DNA of 64,000 bases from contig CAMDKS010000001.1 of assembly GCA_945900755.1 (NCBI GenBank), positions 63,491 through 127,490 of the forward strand, written 5' to 3'. The stretch comes from Bdellovibrio sp. ZAP7. Its GTDB lineage: Bacteria; Bdellovibrionota_B; Oligoflexia; Oligoflexales; RGVZ01. The notes beneath the pieces were generated by a model. The model ran no database searches. It saw nothing but the letters and a program-made list of their open reading frames with translations, and was not told the origin of the DNA. The translations under genes and the position numbers were made by a program. Of this stretch, positions 59,587 through 64,000 are shown piece after piece; the first letter of the stretch is position 1; each line of letters opens with the position of its first letter.

Positions 59587-60621
59587 ATGGTTAGGGTTTT
59601 TTGCAAACTATACGAGGTCTTGCTTAAAATTAATACACGCCTGCGCCGAGGACTTGAATCTGACCCCACAGTAATACTCATTGATCACCTAACCCCCGAG
59701 CAGGTCAAAGCTCAAGTAGCTATTGACGTTGGCCTAACTAGGCCGTTTACGGATGCGGGTGAATTATTAGTTTTAATTCCGTTTAGGGATCGTTGGGATC
59801 TTACTCAAACTTGCCTTTGTACGTTGGCGAGCCAAAAATTCAGTGACGGCGTGAAGGTTCGGGTGGTGCTGATTGATAATGGTTCTGTGAACCTAGAGAC
59901 TCGTGCAGGTCTTGGCGAAGTTACGAAAAATCACCCAACACTGAATATTCAAACGTTGCAGGCAAATTATGAGTTCAACTATAGTCGCCTTAACAACGAC
60001 GGCTATCGTCAATTTAAGACGCCTGAAACGAAATGGGCTTTATTTCTCAACAACGACGTTGAGTTGCTTGACCAAGCCATCTTGCAACGGATGGTCAGCG
60101 CTCTGGCGACGATACAGGATGTTGGCGCGGTCGGATGTACCTTGCTCTATCCTAATCGGCAAATTCAGCATTTATTCGCCGCTCCTGGAGTCAAAATCAT
60201 TGCCGCACACCCGACAAAAGGTGAGGCCTTTAGGCCGTCGATGGCTTGGTTTGCAAAATCTGTGCGCCCAGTCGCAGCCGTCACGGGGGCTGTGATGATG
60301 GTTAGGGCGAAAGATTTTGAGGCGGTAGGTTTAATGGACGAGGGCCTGCCAACGATGGGGCAAGATATTGATTTGTGTCTGAAGTTATTTTATGACCTAG
60401 GAAAATATTCGGCCGCGGTCACCTATTGCAACGTTATTCATTGCGAAAGTAAAACTAAAAATCATGATTTTTCGCATACAGAAATTCAGCGAATGACTGG
60501 CAAATGGGGCCCGAGGCTTTTAGCTCACCCATTTTATTCTAAGGCCTTTTCGCGATTTTCCGAGTCTCCATTACTTGTGATTGGTGCCGAGCCTAAATAC
60601 CCAGTCCAATGGATTTTGTAG
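59587..60621 (+). CDS. GT2 glycosyltransferase (start uncertain)
   Basis: IPFRD, IDNGS, FNYSRLNN, LNND, AVTGA, DIDLCL. Confidence 0.9.
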   Translation: MVRVFCKLYEVLLKINTRLRRGLESDPTVILIDHLTPEQVKAQVAIDVGLTRPFTDAGELLVLIPFRDRWDLTQTCLCTLASQKFSDGVKVRVVLIDNGSVNLETRAGLGEVTKNHPTLNIQTLQANYEFNYSRLNNDGYRQFKTPETKWALFLNNDVELLDQAILQRMVSALATIQDVGAVGCTLLYPNRQIQHLFAAPGVKIIAAHPTKGEAFRPSMAWFAKSVRPVAAVTGAVMMVRAKDFEAVGLMDEGLPTMGQDIDLCLKLFYDLGKYSAAVTYCNVIHCESKTKNHDFSHTEIQRMTGKWGPRLLAHPFYSKAFSRFSESPLLVIGAEPKYPVQWIL

Positions 60622-60633
60622 AAGGAAGACTTG

Positions 60634-61998
60634 TTAGGGACTGACAGAAGGCGGAGTGTTGCAATTGGCTCCTAGTGGGGAGTGGTAGGTAAGGCCCCAC
60701 CCTGGGGGCTGGGTCGGAATAAAAACGTCAGTTGGGCAACCTGACTTCATTGACGATGCAAGCAACGGCGACAATTCATCCCAATAGGTTGCCGGTGCTG
60801 GTGGCAAGTGAATTCTTGGCCGTATTTTCATATCGTTTGGAGTTACCGGAAGCCAAACCGCCCAGATAAAAAACAATGCAGCCTTCGAAAGATTTTTGCC
60901 CCAAAGGCTAGTTGGCCGAATGAAAGCCATCCAAAAGATCACGCCGGCAGCAGTCATGGGAAACGAGTACCGGATTGTAGGGTCTATTGCGCATTCGATA
61001 AATGTCGCTAGAGAGCCCGGCCTCGCAATCCAGTTCAGTGCAGGCCAGCCAGCAATTCCGACTGTAAACAACAAGACAGCCGTCCAAGAATTTCGTTTGT
61101 CTCTAATAAAACACCATGCCAAAAACGCAAAGACTATGCATGGAACTAGCCACGGCCAGAGCGACGGTTGAAGCCATATCCAAAACGTATTTTGGCGCCA
61201 AATGCCCAGCCAAGGTGTAAGTAGGAGAAGTCTCGCAGAGTGCTCTGCAAGAAGGAACAGGCCTTTACCGATAAAACCGTCTGGAATTATTACAGCATCG
61301 TGATTGACGCCGTGCCGATTCAAAAAAATGAGCGTGATTAGTGATGCAACACAGATCACCAATAAATAAGCCTCTTTAGCCCGATTTTTCGTCAATTCGA
61401 CGTCTCGAAATACGCCATAGAGGCGCCAAGAAAAAAGAGGTAGTAGCAAGATTGACGTCCCAAGAGAGTTGCAAATTAATAGAACCATCGCCAGCTCACG
61501 CCATGTGATTGCTTGCTTTGGGTCTCTTAATCCTAAAAAAGCCATCCAAAACAGAAGCATCCAATTTAGATTTGCCAGGTTGCCGAGCATCTCTTCGTAA
61601 CCAGGCATCACGCAAAGCATGATCGCCACAAAAAATCGTGCCCCCACTGAAGGAATGATCCATGCGAGCCCCGGCCTTACGATCGAGGCAACACAAGCCG
61701 CAGTCATGGCAATACATAGCAGCGTCGTGACTGCGGGCCACGAACTGACGGGAGCCAGGGTGATGATAAGGTAGGCCAGTAAACGCTGAAGGACGTGAAA
61801 CGTGCCGGCGTAAATGTCTAGGATCGTCCAAAAGCCGCCTTTAAGCGCGTCGCCAAAATAGAGATTTGCATCCTCAGCCCAGAAATCGGCATAAGGCACG
61901 CGAACCCATCCGCGCCACAATAGCAGCGCAAAACAGGTGGCAAATGTGCCCCAATAGTTTAAAGAGGACGAGTCCTGAAAATATCTTTTAGAAGGCAC
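60634..61998 (-). CDS. Polytopic membrane protein, GT-C-like
   Basis: FWAED..YAG..H..RL loop after TM1, about 10 hydrophobic segments, glycan-locus context. Confidence 0.65.
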   Translation of the reverse strand: MPSKRYFQDSSSLNYWGTFATCFALLLWRGWVRVPYADFWAEDANLYFGDALKGGFWTILDIYAGTFHVLQRLLAYLIITLAPVSSWPAVTTLLCIAMTAACVASIVRPGLAWIIPSVGARFFVAIMLCVMPGYEEMLGNLANLNWMLLFWMAFLGLRDPKQAITWRELAMVLLICNSLGTSILLLPLFSWRLYGVFRDVELTKNRAKEAYLLVICVASLITLIFLNRHGVNHDAVIIPDGFIGKGLFLLAEHSARLLLLTPWLGIWRQNTFWIWLQPSLWPWLVPCIVFAFLAWCFIRDKRNSWTAVLLFTVGIAGWPALNWIARPGSLATFIECAIDPTIRYSFPMTAAGVIFWMAFIRPTSLWGKNLSKAALFFIWAVWLPVTPNDMKIRPRIHLPPAPATYWDELSPLLASSMKSGCPTDVFIPTQPPGWGLTYHSPLGANCNTPPSVSP

Positions 61999-62163
61999 AT
62001 TATCTCCGAAGCGATAGGTAATACGACCCTAGCCTGTTTTCAATTACGATAATAAAATCAATATACGGCAGCTATAGAGCATACCTCAACAAGATTTGTA
62101 GCTAGTGCTTGTTCGGCGTTCCCTGACTCTGCGTTGCTTGTCGCCGGAAAATGTTCATTTACC

Positions 62164-62798
62164 GGAACTCCACCACGCGGACTTTTAGGCGAGCAATTTT
62201 TTGCGGTTATCTCAGGCTCAAAGCCGAAGCGGTCACTCTCAAGATTGATATTTTTGAGGACGACAAAAATAAGTTCTTTATCAACGGCGAACTCAAGTGC
62301 ATCGAGCTCCTTGAGAAAAATCTCGAGGTGCTGACTTTCATTGTAAATTGGGACCACCAAACTTACTTTCACTGGGAAATTCCTTGCCGTTGGCGTAATA
62401 TTTGTGGTGTTTAATGTATACTATTGCATTGGGATGACTCCAATCCAATTTGCGCGTCTACAGGATGTCATATTAGGCTATTTCGGACGCTAGTTAGCTT
62501 CATGGTTAGAGTTTTTTGCAAACTATATGAGGCCTTGCTTAAAATTAACACACGCCTGCGCCGAGGACTTGAATCTGACCCCACATTAATACTCATTGAT
62601 CACCTAACCCCCGAGCAGGTCAAAGCACAGGCCGCAATTGACGTTGCCCTAACTAGGCCGTTTACGGATGCAGGCGAATTATTAGTTTTAATTCCGTTTC
62701 GCGATCGGTGGGACTTACTCAAACTTGCCTTCGCACCTTGGCGAGTCAACAATTCAATGACGGCGTGAAGGTTCGGGTGGTGCTGATTGATAATGGTT
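62164..62798. pseudogene. Decayed duplicate of the divergent GT2 pair 58871-59884
   Basis: High identity; lacks 58968-59345 (378 bp); frameshifts; truncated after IDNG. Confidence 0.92.
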
Positions 62799-62914
62799 TC
62801 GGATTTTCCCTTGCTCGGTTCAATAGATTGTTAGTACTGTTCTCGCAACCATAGTTTTGATATGTATTAGATTGATAGGTCAAAAGTATTTTTACAAAGC
62901 CCATCTCAAAAATT

Positions 62915-64000
62915 TTGCTTCGTGACACTGCCTTGGAAATTGGGCTTCTTGTTTTCGGGACGGCGCTGATCGCAGGTCGATTTTCCTGGGGAATCGACAG
63001 TGCGTTTGCCGTCAGGAACTTCGCCACGTCAGCGTTTTTCTTTGTTATATTTTTCGCTACGTATCGCTTTATTCTGGTTAGTTTCATTGGCGATCGAAAT
63101 ATGCGTTTGTGGTTAACTTCGGTCGTTTTCGTGATCTGTTCGTTGCCGCATCATCTTCTTGGATTAGATAGATTTTATTACCATTTATCACATAAAGTTA
63201 TGACAGATTGGCGAGACCCAATAGCTCCCATTTCAAAGATTCGCTGGTTTCCGGGCGCTACACTTCATCTGCCAACGATTCCCTATGAATTCCCTTTTTT
63301 CACCTTCCTTCTTGTTTTTGGAGCGTTATTGATTTGGAGACTTTTTAGGCAACCGAACGCACTATTGGCGCCTCGAATCGCCATACTTATTTGGTTCGTG
63401 ATTTTACTGCAAGCCTGGATTCACCTATCAATGCGTTCGCCGTACACCTATATTCCACACTTCGAACAGCCCGCTTCAAACCACTACTGGTACCACTATT
63501 TTCTATTTCCTAAAGGGCTCGGTGCTGTAAATCTCGACTATCATCATTTTAGGCCTGGTGAAGAGCTTTTTTTAGGGGTTAACTACTCAGTTGCGCCACT
63601 ACTAGGACGAACATTTCCAGGCTATTTGGTGATGCAGTTCGGCGCATTCGTAAATCCAATGTACGCGTGGTTATCGCTAAACTGTATGTCGTGGTTTCTA
63701 GCGGTTGTATCAGTCAGCTACCTCGCGAGCTCTTTTTTCACGAAACGCGCGGGTCTTTTTTCGGCGTGCCTTATGGCCTCGGCCCAAGGAGTGATTGTTT
63801 ACGTTGGCCAGGCGAAACCTTATACAATGGCAATTTGCGGAATCGCAATCTTAGTTGCCTCCCTCCATTGGTTTGCTAGCCGAACGAAACTGAGCTATGC
63901 ACAGTGTTGTGGAGTCGGTGGGATTTTTGGTTTATTTCTACTTTGTTACGAAGCCCAACCGTGGCTTATCGCCGTCCCATTTTTGGCCGTATCATTGGGC
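62915..64000 (+). CDS. Polytopic membrane protein, PMT/ArnT (GT-C)-like, runs off the window
   Basis: Frame open from 62879 to the window end, absent from the ORF track; many TM segments; GQAKPY resembles the E-x-R/K-P-Y motif. Confidence 0.65.
   Translation, partial: MLRDTALEIGLLVFGTALIAGRFSWGIDSAFAVRNFATSAFFFVIFFATYRFILVSFIGDRNMRLWLTSVVFVICSLPHHLLGLDRFYYHLSHKVMTDWRDPIAPISKIRWFPGATLHLPTIPYEFPFFTFLLVFGALLIWRLFRQPNALLAPRIAILIWFVILLQAWIHLSMRSPYTYIPHFEQPASNHYWYHYFLFPKGLGAVNLDYHHFRPGEELFLGVNYSVAPLLGRTFPGYLVMQFGAFVNPMYAWLSLNCMSWFLAVVSVSYLASSFFTKRAGLFSACLMASAQGVIVYVGQAKPYTMAICGIAILVASLHWFASRTKLSYAQCCGVGGIFGLFLLCYEAQPWLIAVPFLAVSLG

Overview
About 64 kb of bacterial chromosome with moderate GC. Gene content and protein style suggest Bdellovibrionota/Oligoflexia or a related deltaproteobacteria-like lineage; this is inference. 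Positions 1-39.2 kb are mostly housekeeping and cell-envelope genes: dapA/dapB, rny-ymdB, pal, mpl-ldcA, murF, an LTA-synthase-like gene, copA, lspA, slt, queA, mpaA, scpA-scpB-rluB and fabD. Two accessory patches follow. The first (39.2-47.7 kb) abuts tRNA-Glu/tRNA-Lys and holds an AAA_14/DUF4143 ATPase, toxin-antitoxin (TA) modules, SEC-C and DUF6398-type genes, gene shards and an IS1380 remnant. The second (51.1-55.8 kb) holds AbiE, Phd-VapC and ATPase remnants, punctuated by a recurring TGTTAGCAGCCGCCT motif that includes a 39-bp inverted-repeat pair. The window ends in a surface-glycan locus (gmd-rmd-rmlD, GT2s, GT-C-like membrane proteins) containing a decayed segmental duplication. Most notable: (1) an apparently catalytically dead ArgH-fold protein fused to a lipoprotein-like tail upstream of dapA-dapB; (2) a single-chain LuxE-LuxC fatty-acid-reductase-like fusion heading a sprT-mpaA operon; (3) a transposase-less, inverted-repeat-bounded TA cassette and its junction-motif family. 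All family calls come from motif recognition by eye, not database searches.
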